From: Priapulus caudatus
Taxonomy: Eukaryota
DNA length: 51,455 nucleotides
Assembly (NCBI RefSeq): GCF_000485595.1
Contig: NW_014577067.1
Location: 259,288 to 310,742 of the forward strand
Direction: 5' to 3'
The notes beneath the pieces are model-generated. The model was not told the origin of the DNA and ran no database searches. It saw only the letters and a list, made by a program, of their open reading frames with translations. Every line of letters begins with the position of its first letter. The first letter of the stretch is position 1. The position numbers were made by a program, and so were the translations under genes. Of this stretch, positions 1-13,349 are shown piece after piece.

Positions 1-1496
1 TAGTAGTAACAGTAGCAACAGCAGTAGTAGGCTAACTAGCAGCACCATGGTAGTAGGTGTTGCAGATCCTTGGTATACCATATTACATTATTTTATAAAG
101 TATTAGGTAAGCTCCATGGCATTGTCATGTCGTGTCAATAAACATTCTGGTATAAATTTGTGTCATATTCTGCGAGGCAGTCGGAATGGTTGTATATGCT
201 ACTCATCATTAACAAACCCTTGATGATATAGTCTGTAAATTTTTTTTATAAAGTATGTCAAACACTGTGAGTCGCTTACGCGCCATAAATCCCATGTTTA
301 TATTTTGTAGACGGCAGCAAGTCGGGCCGAGTAGAGAGATTCGATCTGCTTTATTGCTCTAGATTTTCTTGTCCGCTACCATAGACTAATCTCCCGTGTG
401 TCTTTCACGTGATGATGAATCTGTGTCTACATAGCGGCGCCACGGTAGCGGTACATTGCCGGCGTCGTGTCGGCAACGGTGGCTTTTCCCACGTTCCCGC
501 GCCTAGACGCATTACCACGTATAACTACATCATTCGTACTCGACTCTCTCCGCTGGGTGTTGCAATACAAAGTTGAATAGTCATATAATAAAGCCCGGTC
601 GGGTTATAGGCCTACCAATGACCGAGGTTTTTGCGCGACATTTTGCCGACAACCGTAGTGAGCAGACTACAGTATGGCGTCTGTAATCGACTCAGAAGGT
701 TTTGCACGTGATCGCGGTGTTCTACGGCTAGTTACGTTTCGGGTACACGCAGGGCACGCACCCCGAACACCTCGGGTTTTTATCTCGCACTCGCTCCCCC
801 AGTCGTGGTTATTGCGTCTTTAGCCGTGAGAAAGTTTCGCCGTGTGGAGACGTACGGTAGTTGATAGGTCGTTATACAACAGACAGTGTTACTGCAGTGG
901 AGAGAGAGAGAGAGAGAGAGTAGCTGGCGCGGATCACAGTACACTCCGTCTGCCCGCCGGCCTCTCACGCTCAGCCATTACTAGTATAGCATATAGTATA
1001 GTATAGCCAGTAACTCGAATCTCCCCCAAAGAAGTCGGCGGGCAGGAAGCTTGCGACTCTTGCGGATCTTTGTTTCCGGGCCGCGGTTGCCGCTGCGGCA
1101 TTCCAGGCGAGGGACGCGGAGTATTACTCGCTTCGCACTAACCCATTGATGTTTTATATGAGGGCTGACCAGCCGCTTTTAGCCCCACAGCGTAAAACAG
1201 CGCCCGGCAGAAATCGGCACGCTGTTTTGAAAGTCATTAATACGCGCGCTTTTCGCAAAGAACATGGGATCGGAATGCCGCAGATGTGTGAGAGTGAGGA
1301 GGTTCTGCGTGCGTGCGTGCGTGCGTGCGTGCAACTCGGGTTTGTCTTTTCGTAGAAATCGTTCCCTGCGCGGCCGTGTGTGTGTGTGTGTGTGTGCGGC
1401 TGCCTCGCTCTCCACAAGCTACTCATGTACGCGCATCTCCGGTGCAACGTATCTGTTACCGGCTGTCAGACGTTAGAAGTGACGAGGCGGGCGCGT

Positions 1497-1505
1497 GTGT
1501 GTGTG

Positions 1506-1575
<70 letters not shown>

Positions 1576-1583
1576 TGTATGTG
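1497..1583. repeat. (GT)n microsatellite
   Basis: Direct. Confidence 0.95.
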
Positions 1584-3509
1584 TAGCGTTGCAGACGCCG
1601 GGTTACGCCGGGAGCTGCCTTCAGAGAAGTGAATGTTTCATACTCGTAACGACCACTTCACTGAAAACCGGAATCGTGAACACGTACGACCGCTCTGCTC
1701 GCGTTAGATTGATTATCTTGGATTACAACCAGAGTAGCGGACGGTAAAGCGGTTCGCCTAGGGCCCTCGGGTGAACGTGGGTGTTATGTTTTGCAGGTTA
1801 TTCCGCTTGTTGTCTGTGCGGGACATCAGTAGCTTCCCCTGAAAATTAGTTTCATCATGTTGGTTTTTAAGTTTGGGTAATTTAGTATTGCGTTGTTTTG
1901 CACAAGGTGCGATGTGCATAGTTTGATAAGGCGTGTTAGCATCTTATTTTAATAATAACATGTGTTAAAGACAGTAGTCGTACACACCCTGCTGGTCGGT
2001 CGATCGACGGAGTACTTGAAACAATCTTTGTATAATTTAATTAGGTTTGCATCCTGTTTGAAATTATTCCGTTTCTTAGCGTGTGGAAAATTCTATCTTG
2101 TTTTTATGCGCAAATTTTCAGCATGCGATATCATTCTAGTTACACGAGATGTAGCATTGGGAAGCCTTTGGCTCTGACAGATGCTGCAAAAGACTTAGAT
2201 TCATGGACAGATATTGGCCCAATAATCTAAACCGGTAGACGTTCCACGTGTCCTTTAGGGGAACATGTTTTCGCGGGTGTTGAAATTGCAAGCGGATGTT
2301 TGGCGAGCAGATACAACGGACAAAACCCCCCGACGTTTATTGTTTCTACCCTTAAATTAGGCGCGGGGAAGTGCGAGCGCACTTGTGTTGCCGAGTGCTT
2401 CACGCCTATATGCATGCAAGTTTACAACATTACGGGGACGGCGAGAAAGAAACACGGCTCGCACGCAGATGGACCTGCGCACGACCCTTACAACACAACG
2501 CTGTCCGCGCTTCTCTCCCAAATGTGTTTTCGCGTCGCATCAGCTACCACGGCGGAGAGCGCGTAAGTCACGGACTCGGGGGCACAATACAATCAATCTA
2601 GACCTTGGCTCGTAGTAAAAATAACAGTGTGTAACGACAGAGTAAAGAGCGTAATTGATTCGCCCCGCAGGCATTCGACGCTAGTCTGCAATATTGCTCC
2701 CGGTCCAGTGATCCATAAAGCACAATCTCGGGTAACATTATCTATGTCATCATTGACATTTGCCGACAATACCCGGCGTCTGTTCACGACACGGAGGAGT
2801 CCGAGTGCAGCTTAAATATAAGAGGTAGAGAGAGAGCGTGCGCTCGCGAGAGAGTGTCAGAGCGAGAGAAAGAGATAGATCCTAAAGAGAGATAGACATC
2901 GATCGGATATCTCGATTCTATTATGTTTTTCTTCGTCGTGAGTCTACGTCGGCGAACAACGTCTAATTTCTAAAGGATTTGAAATGAGATTCATGCGCGG
3001 CTTCGACGGGTGGTTATTGTCGCAAGTGTTTGCAGGCTAGAGCCACATTATGTCGGTGACTTTTCACACTCACTTATAATCCGCCTGCCCTAATTTGCGA
3101 CGTGACCACAATAAACAGCTAGAAATGATGACACTTGATGACACTTGATGACACAGCTTTGCGAAATATCATAGTCGCTCACGACATACACTCACGCTCC
3201 ACACACAGTAGTGGTGCACGCACACACACGCACGCACGCGCACGCGCGCATGCACTCGTGCGCCGTTGTTAAAAACTGCTGCGATAAATCTCAGCAAACA
3301 ACTACATGTCGTTCTCATAGAGCGAATTCTGTGAACTGCTCTCACACGATCGACAACTCCTTTACGTCGGTTAGTGAATCCGCCCGGGCATGCACGGTGC
3401 ACCTGTATAGAGTACCGGCTAGCTAAGCCGCAATCACACTCGCACGCATGCACGTACGTACGCACGCGCACACACAGGCGCGCGCACACTCACACGACAC
3501 ACGCTCGCG

Positions 3510-3552
3510 CGCACGCACGCACGCACGCACGCACACACATACACACACACGT

Positions 3553-3625
<73 letters not shown>

Positions 3626-3826
3626 GACGACGACGGACGGTACGACGTACGTACTACGTACCTACCTACCTACCGTACCGTACCGTACCGGTACCGTACG
3701 TACGTACGTACGTACGTTAACNNNNNNNNNNACCGGCCGGCCGACCGACCTAACCTAACCAACCGAAACCAACCGAACCGACCGACCGTACCGCGCGACC
3801 GACCGACCGACCGACGACGACGACAC

Positions 3827-3923
<97 letters not shown>
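3510..3923. repeat. (CA)n microsatellites around a 10-N gap (3722-3731) with low-quality flanks
   Basis: Direct. Confidence 0.9.
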
Positions 3924-3925
<2 letters not shown>

Positions 3926-6900
3926 GAGAGCGAGGGGTGAGCGATTTACACGTCCCATCACCTCTCCGACGCCCAAGAGGTGCTGTAACAATATTTACTC
4001 TACACGTCTCCCGTTGTCCTTGTTATTTTGAAGAACTCTTGAGAACCAGGTACGCTGTACGGCGATGCTGAAAACGCTGTTCAGCTAATCGTGTTTCGCC
4101 GGCCGACCTTTTGACGGTCGAAGAGACGGGAAAATGCGAAGTATAATTGAGAATGTTCGTCAGATGTTGAATACAGCGAATGTCTGATCGTATATGTCTC
4201 TAACCAAGCATTGCTGCGTGCTTTAAACATGTACTTGTCGAATAATAAATTAAATGAAAATATATAAAATAATGATAGTAATAAGAATAAGAATAATGAA
4301 AATATCATAATAAAAGTGCACAGTATATGTGGTCGTTCCATGTGGACCTTCGGCAGTTCTCTTATTAGGGATCATTTTTTGTAAAGTAAATTGTGCGGAA
4401 AACCACAAAATGGCGCATAAACACACAGCGTTGACCCAAGTAACGATGGCGAGGTATCAAGTGTGCGCACGAGGCGGCGCTTTATAATGTCACGAGACAG
4501 CCGTCTACGGCTCGCCTGCCGCATTGCTATTTTTGACTGCTGTTTTTTCCTGCTTAAACCCTGTTTACGATTTTTTTCCTGGACATTTAACTCAAGCAAA
4601 GAACATGCTCGGGCTCAGAAATTGTCTGACGTGCATCTGTCGGCGGGGGGGGGGGGGGGCTACACGAACGCAGCAGCTGCCTGCTTGGCCTCCAAAGCGC
4701 CCAGTTGCAGAACTGTTCAGTTTCGTGAACAGGAAAGCGTGCCCAGATAAATATTGTGGGAGAATGGAAAAGGAATAAATATTCACGTAGCTGGGTTGGC
4801 TAGCAGAGGGCTTAATTTTTGCTTGCCTTCTATAGCAGGTATTGTGTTTACGGTCTGTGGTAGCAGGCGAAACCCGCCTAAATATAGCGTGTTACGTAGC
4901 ACAAGTTGTGGTAACAGTAACATTGCTGGTAACGTTTTCACTCATTGAATTGAGCTGGGGCAACGAGAGCTGCTAGTAAAGTGCGTCGTGTAGAGGATAA
5001 AGGAACCAATGTAGATACCTTGACTTCGCTATGCGTGTACGTGCATGTGTGCGTGTGCGTGTGCGTGTGCGTGTGTGTGCGCGCGCTTGTGCGTGCGTGT
5101 GTTTGAGCCATCAATCTCGTTACACCAAGAGCTTCGTGTGTGATGAATGCTCCACACGTGATAGTTGGTCGTAAGCATTCGGGGAAAGGGAAACGACCGT
5201 CGTGATATCACTGAGACTCAGGAAACATAGACTATCGCCTATAATTACGTAACTAATCTATTCCCCAATAAAGTGCTTACTATGGCCAGTTTTTTACGTG
5301 TACACGCGCGCGTCAACCGTGCGTGTCTATCGATGTCCATGCAGGCAACTCGTGTACACGCGACAGGAAACATGTTAGAGCTAAAACTTATTGGTCTTTC
5401 GTCGATTATCTTTTAGACTTGCGTCATGCAGCGTGCCCGTCCCGTATGCCTTGTTACTCTGTCAGTTTGCTTCAGTGCGTGTGTGTAGTGCGTGTGGGTT
5501 CGGCGTGTGTTTGTTATCATACTCCGTAGCGTGCCATGCGTATCTCCATCTCATCACTTATTAAAACCCGGGGACGACATCTGCCTTACACTTGTGACTT
5601 GCACTGTTCGTTGGGTGTCTTTAACTGATTCAGGGCCGTAGCAATGCCTATCTCCTCTTAGACAGAGGTTAAACCACGTGGTGTGACCGGATACGTCATG
5701 AGGGAACACAGACCAGATAAGCTTAGACCAGATAAGCTTAGAAAGCTTGCTTGGGTTTACTATGCTAGCTAACTTAAAAAGTTACTTTTCACCCCCAGCT
5801 ACCGTCATCGCTCTGAACTGATCGTAATACCTAAAAGAAATGCGCAACTGCGTACTTGTTGTTGCGTTACAATAAGCTGATCAGTCAGTTGAGGTTAAAT
5901 GCTCGCTGACACTCATTATCAAGTTCTCGTTTCCTCATCTGCTAAAAGCACAACGTCTTGGTTTACGGTGTGAAGTTCAACGTTCGGATCCTGCTAGCTG
6001 GCACGTAGACCCTACTGAATAGGAATGATTTCTCTGTGTATTTGATGCGTATTTTCAATCAACGTTTAAATCATGCTACGTATAAAAGATTCGTGGTTCG
6101 ATGTAATGCGGTAAATGCACTGCGGTGTGTGTTTGTATATACGGGCAATGACCACCACACATGTCTGTCTATGCGGCTGTGAACATCTGTAGCTGTCACA
6201 ACAGAATGATCGAGTCGTTGGTCATAGGAGAATTCCCTCGTTTTTCTTGTCACTTGGCGTGCAATGCCATTGTAGACATTCACTGCAATCACGTAGGATT
6301 CCCCCCCCCTACATATGCAATTTAAATTTTGCTGTTGTGAGACAGACGTTGGACGTTTACCGCCAATGCGTTCATTGCTGACATGTTCCTGTGTCTTGCT
6401 GGCTGCTGTCCTGTGTTGTGGCGGGCAATTTGTCCAGCAGTGACACATCTGGCACGCGGACCCCGGTGCTGTGTTTGTGTTTGCATTGCTGATGGGGACA
6501 CGCTAACTGCGAAACCTCCTGTGCGGTCCCCTGCTGCTCTCTATCGATTCACTTCCTTCCTCATCAGACCTCACTGATTGCACCAATTGTGCGCATATTG
6601 CTATTACTCTTTCCACGCCATCTACCTCTTTTGCCTCGCAAGTTCAATGACTCCCCCTCTCTCTCCCTCTTGCTCTTTATTTCTATCCCTCTCTCTCTCT
6701 CTCTTTCTCCCGCTCTCTCTTCTTTATGCCGCATAACACTATAATGAGCAATGTCAAGAGCAATTGGGGAATCGGTCGTTTCCAAAACACTTTTAAAGCT
6801 TAAGCGATTATGTGCGATTATGTGCGATTATGTGCGATTCTGCTGCATAACTACAGACGCTGCCTAGTTCACACGACACAGCAGAGAAGAAGTACGCGTG

Positions 6901-8455
6901 GGAGATACGTGCGTGTATGGTGACCTGCGCAGGTCATGCGAAACTGTGTTTTACTCGGTGTGATTACAATGTATGAGTGCTACGTGAACTAGTAGAAACA
7001 GGAACGGGATGTAATATTACATAACTCACATGTGGTTGACGATTTTTTGTTGGTATACCTAATACGAAAGATGTGCAAGTTACACGAAATTGTTTATTAG
7101 GTTTCCTACGGTTACTATGAGTTTTGCGCGGGAATGAATGGATTCGTACCTCGGAATTCTTAGGAAACTAGCAATCACGCCGATGTCTACGAAAGATTTG
7201 ATTGGGACGGAATGTTTGTTTGGCCTATCATCTGTCGAAAATATCTTAGTAGCACGGTTACCGTTTATTTACGTTAGAAGCGGAAAACCTTAAGCCTTGG
7301 CTTCCTCGTGAATGGGTGGGCACCCGATTAAACTGAACCAGTTACCCGATGTGCGCGATAAGGAACGCTGTCTCTCGCGCGCACTCGAGCCAAATTTTTT
7401 TTGGCCAAGTTTAACCCCAGACGTGGTTCACCCTTATAGACATTCTTGTCGTAGAACACAATAATAGTGGTCGTCGTCGCATGAGCTAATTCTTCCATCG
7501 TCGCATGTGTTTCTGGATTAGGGCTCCTATTGATCGCGGAAAACTTGGAAATCCTGCAATTGTAAAATGGAATTTTTCAGATCAGGAAAAATCCTGGAAA
7601 ATAGGGTCTGATCCCGGAAGGTCCTGGAAAATAGGTCGCTGACTTCACGCGCGCAAACACATGTGATTTGTTAACGGAACGTAAATTCATCGGTGGCCGC
7701 AATTAACGGAAGCAGAATGCGCCGGCCTGGTTCACCTGTCCTTCACTGTAAACATGCTAGAAATTTATGGGGTTCGCACGGGCAACTGGGTGGTCAGTAG
7801 AGCTCGAAGTTTGTTATTGCTTTGTCCGTCAAACTGCCCACAGCTGCTGTCCGTTCGTAAGACGAAGGCTGTATATATATATACGAGTGTATATGTGCTC
7901 ATTTATATACGTGTGTACATTGCTTTCGTTAGTGGAGGCGTTTAGGGCCAAAACTTATTAAGTCACGGGTCATTCCTGTGGATGAGATGGGATCATGGGG
8001 AGCATCCCTGCAGTGGATTATGCTCACACGTGATAGCTAGATCATGGGTAGCTGCACTGTTTATTCAGATTGGAATTCATGCGAATATGTATTAGCACCA
8101 TTACACGGGGATTATCATTTCACAATATTGTCGGAAATACACGATAAGCAGTTTCATCGTATATTTCTGATATTACCAGGAGTAAACGTTTCCTCTTATT
8201 ATTTCCTCCTGATATAACTTAAATTAGTTCTACATGTGGCACAGAATTCTTATCATATAAGTTGTTATATATAGTTGTAAATAAGTTGCAGATAGTTGTA
8301 TATTATAGTTGTATCTAAGTGTTACATATAAGTTGTTATATATAGGAGCTTTTTTATATATATATATATGTGTCACCAGAAGTCAATTTTGTCAGATCAT
8401 CTTGCTCTCGGTGTCTTGTTATGCTAATTGAACTGTCTCTTCCTTGCGTACATAG

Positions 8456-8618
8456 GTGGAGATTCAGCTGATCGATGTGAACGACTCTCCGCCCGTGTTT
8501 GATCAGGACGAGTATGCCTTCTTCGTGTCCGAAGACGCACATGTTGACCACACCATCGGCAAGGTCACGGCAAACGACCCCGACACGGTGGACACTGTCC
8601 ACTATCACTTCTACAAAG
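8456..8618 (+). CDS. FAT4: Fat exon, cadherin repeat (VEIQLIDVNDSPPVF...HFYK)
   Basis: catag| acceptor, G|gtgcgt donor, phase 0 to 1. Confidence 0.9.
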
Positions 8619-8624
8619 GTGCGT

Positions 8625-8850
8625 TAGGGGTAGCGGCAGGGGTGGGGTTAGGGTGAGGGTTATTGTTAGGCTTAGGGTTATGGTTAGATTAGGATTATGG
8701 TTGTGCATGGTTATGGTTGGGGTTATGTTTAGACTCAGGGGTAATGTTAGGGTTATGATTATAGTTATGGTTACGTTTAAGGTTATGGTTGGGCTCAGAG
8801 TTAGGATTAGGTATATGCTTGTGGTCAAGGTTAGGGTTACACTGGGGCTG
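8625..8850 (+). repeat. Degenerate (GGGTTA)n telomere-like low-complexity tract; a similar tract lies at ~9700-9900
   Basis: ggggtta/gggtta/atggtt hexamer periodicity. Confidence 0.7.
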
Positions 8851-9958
8851 ACTCGAATGAGGGATAGCAGGGCCGCAGTGAATTTTGGGATGATCATTGT
8901 GATCGTTTTTAAGTAGGGGTTATCAGTGTCAGTATACATACGGGTATAGTTCCACCTTACATTGCGAATGGCGAGTGGTATCTGTTCGCAACTATTATAA
9001 CCTCCCCATGTAGATTCATGGATTAGGTTGCATTGTCTAGCGTTCACTGACCAAAACATACCGCTGTCTGCGCGTTATATGCTTATGCTTCATGAAACTC
9101 GAAGAATGACGTGACGTTTATACGAAGTGATATTTGAATTATACCGGCATACTGAGTGTATTCTGAATTATCTGGTGTACGTATAATTATTATATACCTG
9201 CGTGCGTCATCACGCCATTGCTACAGCTTCACGGAAACATTACATACTGTAGTTTCCTGCTGTACTACCGATTGTCGCAGTAGTAATATTTTATTTGCTA
9301 ACGTGTAAAGGTGATTGAGCTAAGTGTTATTGCTCGGGTGTAAATCCAGATAGCGATGCTGGATACATATGTTACCCAGTTTGTGAGAATATGTACTTCA
9401 TACGCACGATACTCATCGTTTCTCCTAAAATGTAGTAAAAATAACACTAGTCCCGAAAGGCATGTTTTACCAAACTTTTAACTGACGATTAGAAAATGCA
9501 AAGCATATCGAGTTTCGCTTGTGAGTCATGCTACACAGGACATCACCTACAGATACCTATTATACGTTATATATCCCCTTATACCTAATAAGGGTAATGG
9601 TTGGATGATCCTTTATCAACCTGTAAGAGTTTAAGATTGTTGTTCTTGGTCTACTCGGTTGGCCGTCGCATTGCTTACTTAATATATATAGGGTTATACT
9701 TGGGGTTAGGGGTTAGGTTTGATTTTGGTTTAGAGTTATAGCTTTGGTATTGGTTAATGTAAGGGAGAAGATAAGGTTTTGGCTACGGTTAGGTTTCCTT
9801 TTGGTTTATGGCTTCAGTATAGGTTAATGTTAGGGATAGAATAGGGTTTTGGTTAGGGGTAGGGTTCGCTTTCGGGGTGTAGCTTATAGGTATGGGTTAA
9901 TACTAAGAGGAGGTTAGTTTGAGTAAAGCAGTCGTCACGCCCTCTTCGTTGGTTGCAG

Positions 9959-10161
9959 GGCAAAAATCGCCGTTTAAGATCGACCCCACGACCGGCGTCC
10001 TGCGTACTACGCAGGCGCTGGATCGCGAGCTGGCGCCAGTCTACGAGCTGGGCGTGCGCGCGAGCGACGGCGTTCACTTTACCGACGTGACGGTGACCGT
10101 GCATATAGAGGACGTCAACGACAACGCTCCACACTTCGACCGCGCGGCGTTCTCATTCGAG
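9959..10161 (+). CDS. FAT4: Fat exon, cadherin (GQKSPFKIDPTTG...LDRE...DVNDNAPHF...FE)
   Basis: ttgcag| acceptor, GAG|gtgcgt donor, phase 1 to 0. Confidence 0.92.
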
Positions 10162-10865
10162 GTGCGTTCTCATTGTGTGTGCGTGCGTGCGTGCGTGCGT
10201 GCGTGCGTGTGTATGTGTGTGTATGTATATATATACATATCCTGTTCAATTTATGTAAATTGGTGCAGCAATTATCAGAATTTCTTGGGGTAGGGTTATT
10301 TATCATTTTCACATGATAAATGAAATGTCTCGGAAGTATTTAGGGCAGGAATTTAGACCTATTAGGTAGTAAAGTAATTAATATTGTAAACTTAAATGCC
10401 AGTTATCAGGATCATTCTTATATGTATGAATGATGCACACTATAAATATGATATCCCCATAATTACTCTTAAACAGATGAACCAGAGGCACAACCTTACA
10501 CACCGATTAAACCATTTTACTGGAATCTGCTTAATATCTGCATAAATATCACGTGAGAATTCACATTATTGTGCAGATGAAGCATGGGCCATTATTACAG
10601 ACGTGTACTCTGCTTGGAAATTCCTTTTTTACCGAGTTGTATTCAATTATACGTATTCTTTACGAAAACGTGTTGTGACAAAGTTTCAACGGCAATAGCT
10701 ATAGTTGCAAGTTGCAATCGATCGTTAGCATGAATTGAATCATCACTATACTGTTTATTATGTTTATTTGATACCGCTGGATATCGTAGACCTTGTGATA
10801 TTACAGTGACATCAACTCTAATCGTGACACGCGGAAATTTTTACTATCTGCTCATACACATGCAG

Positions 10866-11042
10866 GTGCCAGAAAACTCCAGGAAGGGCGCCGTCGTTGC
10901 CAAGGTTACGGCGACAGACGCCGATGAGGGAGCCAATGGGAACGTGAGCTACGAACTGATCTCAGACTGGGGCGGCGATGTCTTCTCCTTCAATTCAGAC
11001 ACAGGCGAATTTACTCTCATCGACACTCTAGATTATGAGCAG
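10866..11042 (+). CDS. FAT4: Fat exon, cadherin (VPENSRKG...DADEGANG...LDYEQ)
   Basis: tgcag| acceptor, CAG|gtatgt donor, phase 0 to 0. Confidence 0.92.
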
Positions 11043-12420
11043 GTATGTTTTCCTTCGCTATTTATCTATTTGTGAGCCGATTATCTATTCAGATTCTTCT
11101 ACATGAATGCGAAATGAGATTGAAGAATATTTGATCTCGGCCATTTGCAATATGCTAGCTTATAAACGTTTATTTGAACGCAGCACACGGTATCTTATGA
11201 TATATTTCATGTAGGCTTTTATGAAGTACTGAATTTTATGATTACGTATTGCAATATTCTAGTGGAGCCGGTAGGCGGTAATAGTCCTCAAAGCGGATTT
11301 CGTCAGTAAAATTAAAACTTCGTAAAGATAGAAATGATGTCTGCATTTATTGCGTACGCTGTACATTTCCTTCACCTATACTATATAATCCCAGGCTTAC
11401 ATTAGCACCGATTCCGGTGCATTCGGCTTTGCAAGGAAGCCCCCAAGTTATTCATGGTTAATAGACCCACTAGGCCACCAAGAGCCGTCCATACAAACAC
11501 AGCAGCGAAATCAAAAATGCCCGTTGGCACTAAAAAGTAGGATATATGTAATTAGTTCTTTTATAATGGCGCATTCTAGTCCCGCGGTTCCATTAATGGA
11601 ACGTAATTTTGTTCGCAGCGGGTCGAGGGTAGGAAAATTGCTAGAGCAATTACATATACACCTCCTCGTTATGGCCGTTGATTATTTACCAACCGAATAC
11701 ACAACCGTGTCAGAAACCTGTAGTAGCTTGCGTAATAGCCCCGTCGTAATAGCTAACTAAGCTGCCACCACACCACACAGCTAAGCTAACACCACGCGGC
11801 CACGAATACGATTGAGTATGCGAAGTTTTTCGCGGTTATTTCTGGACTCAAGAAAAACATGATTAAATGAAAAAAAATGTATTTGCTATTCGAAATTGTT
11901 TTTTGTTGCGTGTCGCCGCAGGATCGTAGTCGCACGTACAGACATGTTCGCGACGATGGGTGATGAGAGGAGGCAACGCTGTAACCTATATATACCCTCA
12001 CCGTGGCCCAGGGCGGCTGCTCTTATATATATACGCAATTAGCAGCCTCTCCCCTATGTTGAAATTCTTAGCAAGTAGGCCTAATTCGAAAAAATTTAGA
12101 TGTGTGGATGTCTGTGTGCGTGCGTGCGTGCGGACGTGCGTACGTGCGTGTGTGAGGGGGAGTTCCAGGGAGGGGACGTTTACCTACAACGGGTGAACCA
12201 TGGTTTGCAGTGCTACGTGGATTGTGTTTCATGGGCAGGTGCGCGCGTGTAACGGTTTGATAGTAGGTAAGATAGCCACGACCTGTGCTTCTATTGTTAT
12301 AACCGATCGTTTTATGAAATGCTTTTTGCCCTATAATTGTGCAGTTAACTGTAAACGTTTGATACCACTGCCCCTATTAACATCCCGCTTGGGATAACAT
12401 GAAACCATGAGCTTACGCAT

Positions 12421-12468
<48 letters not shown>

Positions 12469-12726
12469 ATATAGGTGACGTGTTGTTACGTAAACATTAA
12501 TTTGCTTGGTCGTGCAGTCAGCACGGCGGAATCCCCGCAGAGCAACCTAATTGCCCTTAACTAATTCCGGGGCGATGAAAGAGTAGGCTCGGGGAAAAAA
12601 TTAACGCACCAAAAAACGTGTTTAAAAAAACTCGTTAGAGTATATTGTAAAATACGCGCGCGTAGACGAGTGTGACACTGGTACGTCTCCTTGGCGTAAC
12701 CGCCCCCTTTGCCCCGCCCCCCGCCT

Positions 12727-13299
12727 CTCTCTCATCTCTCTCTCTCCTTCCTCGTCTCTCCTCTCTCTCATCTCCATCCGAGCCACGTCATCTCTCTCTC
12801 TTCTCTCTCCTCTCACACATCACACACATCTAAGCTCTCTCTGCTTCTTTCTCATCTCTCTCTCTCTCTCTCTTCTCCTCTCTCTCCTCGCGTCTCAATC
12901 TCATCTTCTCTCTCTCTCTCTCTCTTGACTCTCTCTTCTCCTCTGCTCTCTCTTTCTCTCTGTCTCTCTCTCTCTCTCCCCTCTCTCTTCTCTCTTCTCT
13001 CTTCTCTCTTCTCTCTCTCCTTCTCTCTCTCTCTCGTCGCTTCTCGCGCCTCTCTATCTATCTATCTATCTCTCTCTCCCTCTCTCTCTACCATTCTCCC
13101 TCTTCTTCTCCTTTCTCTCGTCGCTCTCGCTCTCTCTCTTCTCTCCTCTCTCCTCCCTCCCCTCTCAGTCTCTCTTTCTCTCTCTCTCTCTTCTCTCCTC
13201 TCTCTCTGTCTTCCTCTCTCCCTCATTCTCCCTGTCTCTCGTCTCTCTGGTCTCTCTCTCTCCTCTCCTCTCTTCTCACCCTTGTCTCTTCCTTCCTCT

Positions 13300-13345
<46 letters not shown>
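12727..13345. repeat. Degenerate (CT)n tract
   Basis: Direct. Confidence 0.9.

Positions 13346-13349
<4 letters not shown>

Noticed and set aside
3624..3830. TACG/ACCG/GACC-rich patterned sequence around the 10-N gap
   Set aside because: Looks like read-end noise (TACG flow-order pattern of pyrosequencing) beside long CA repeats.
7520..7640. Repeated cctggaaa motifs resembling a hAT-type element end
   Set aside because: No matching second terminus or target duplication found.
780..8400. Many short ORFs (VCVC, HTHT, SLSL types)
   Set aside because: Translations of microsatellites or random intron sequence; no domain motifs or fitting splice structure.
8565..9059. 164-aa Thr/Leu/Ile-rich ORF
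   Set aside because: Translation of the degenerate GGGTTA hexamer tract.
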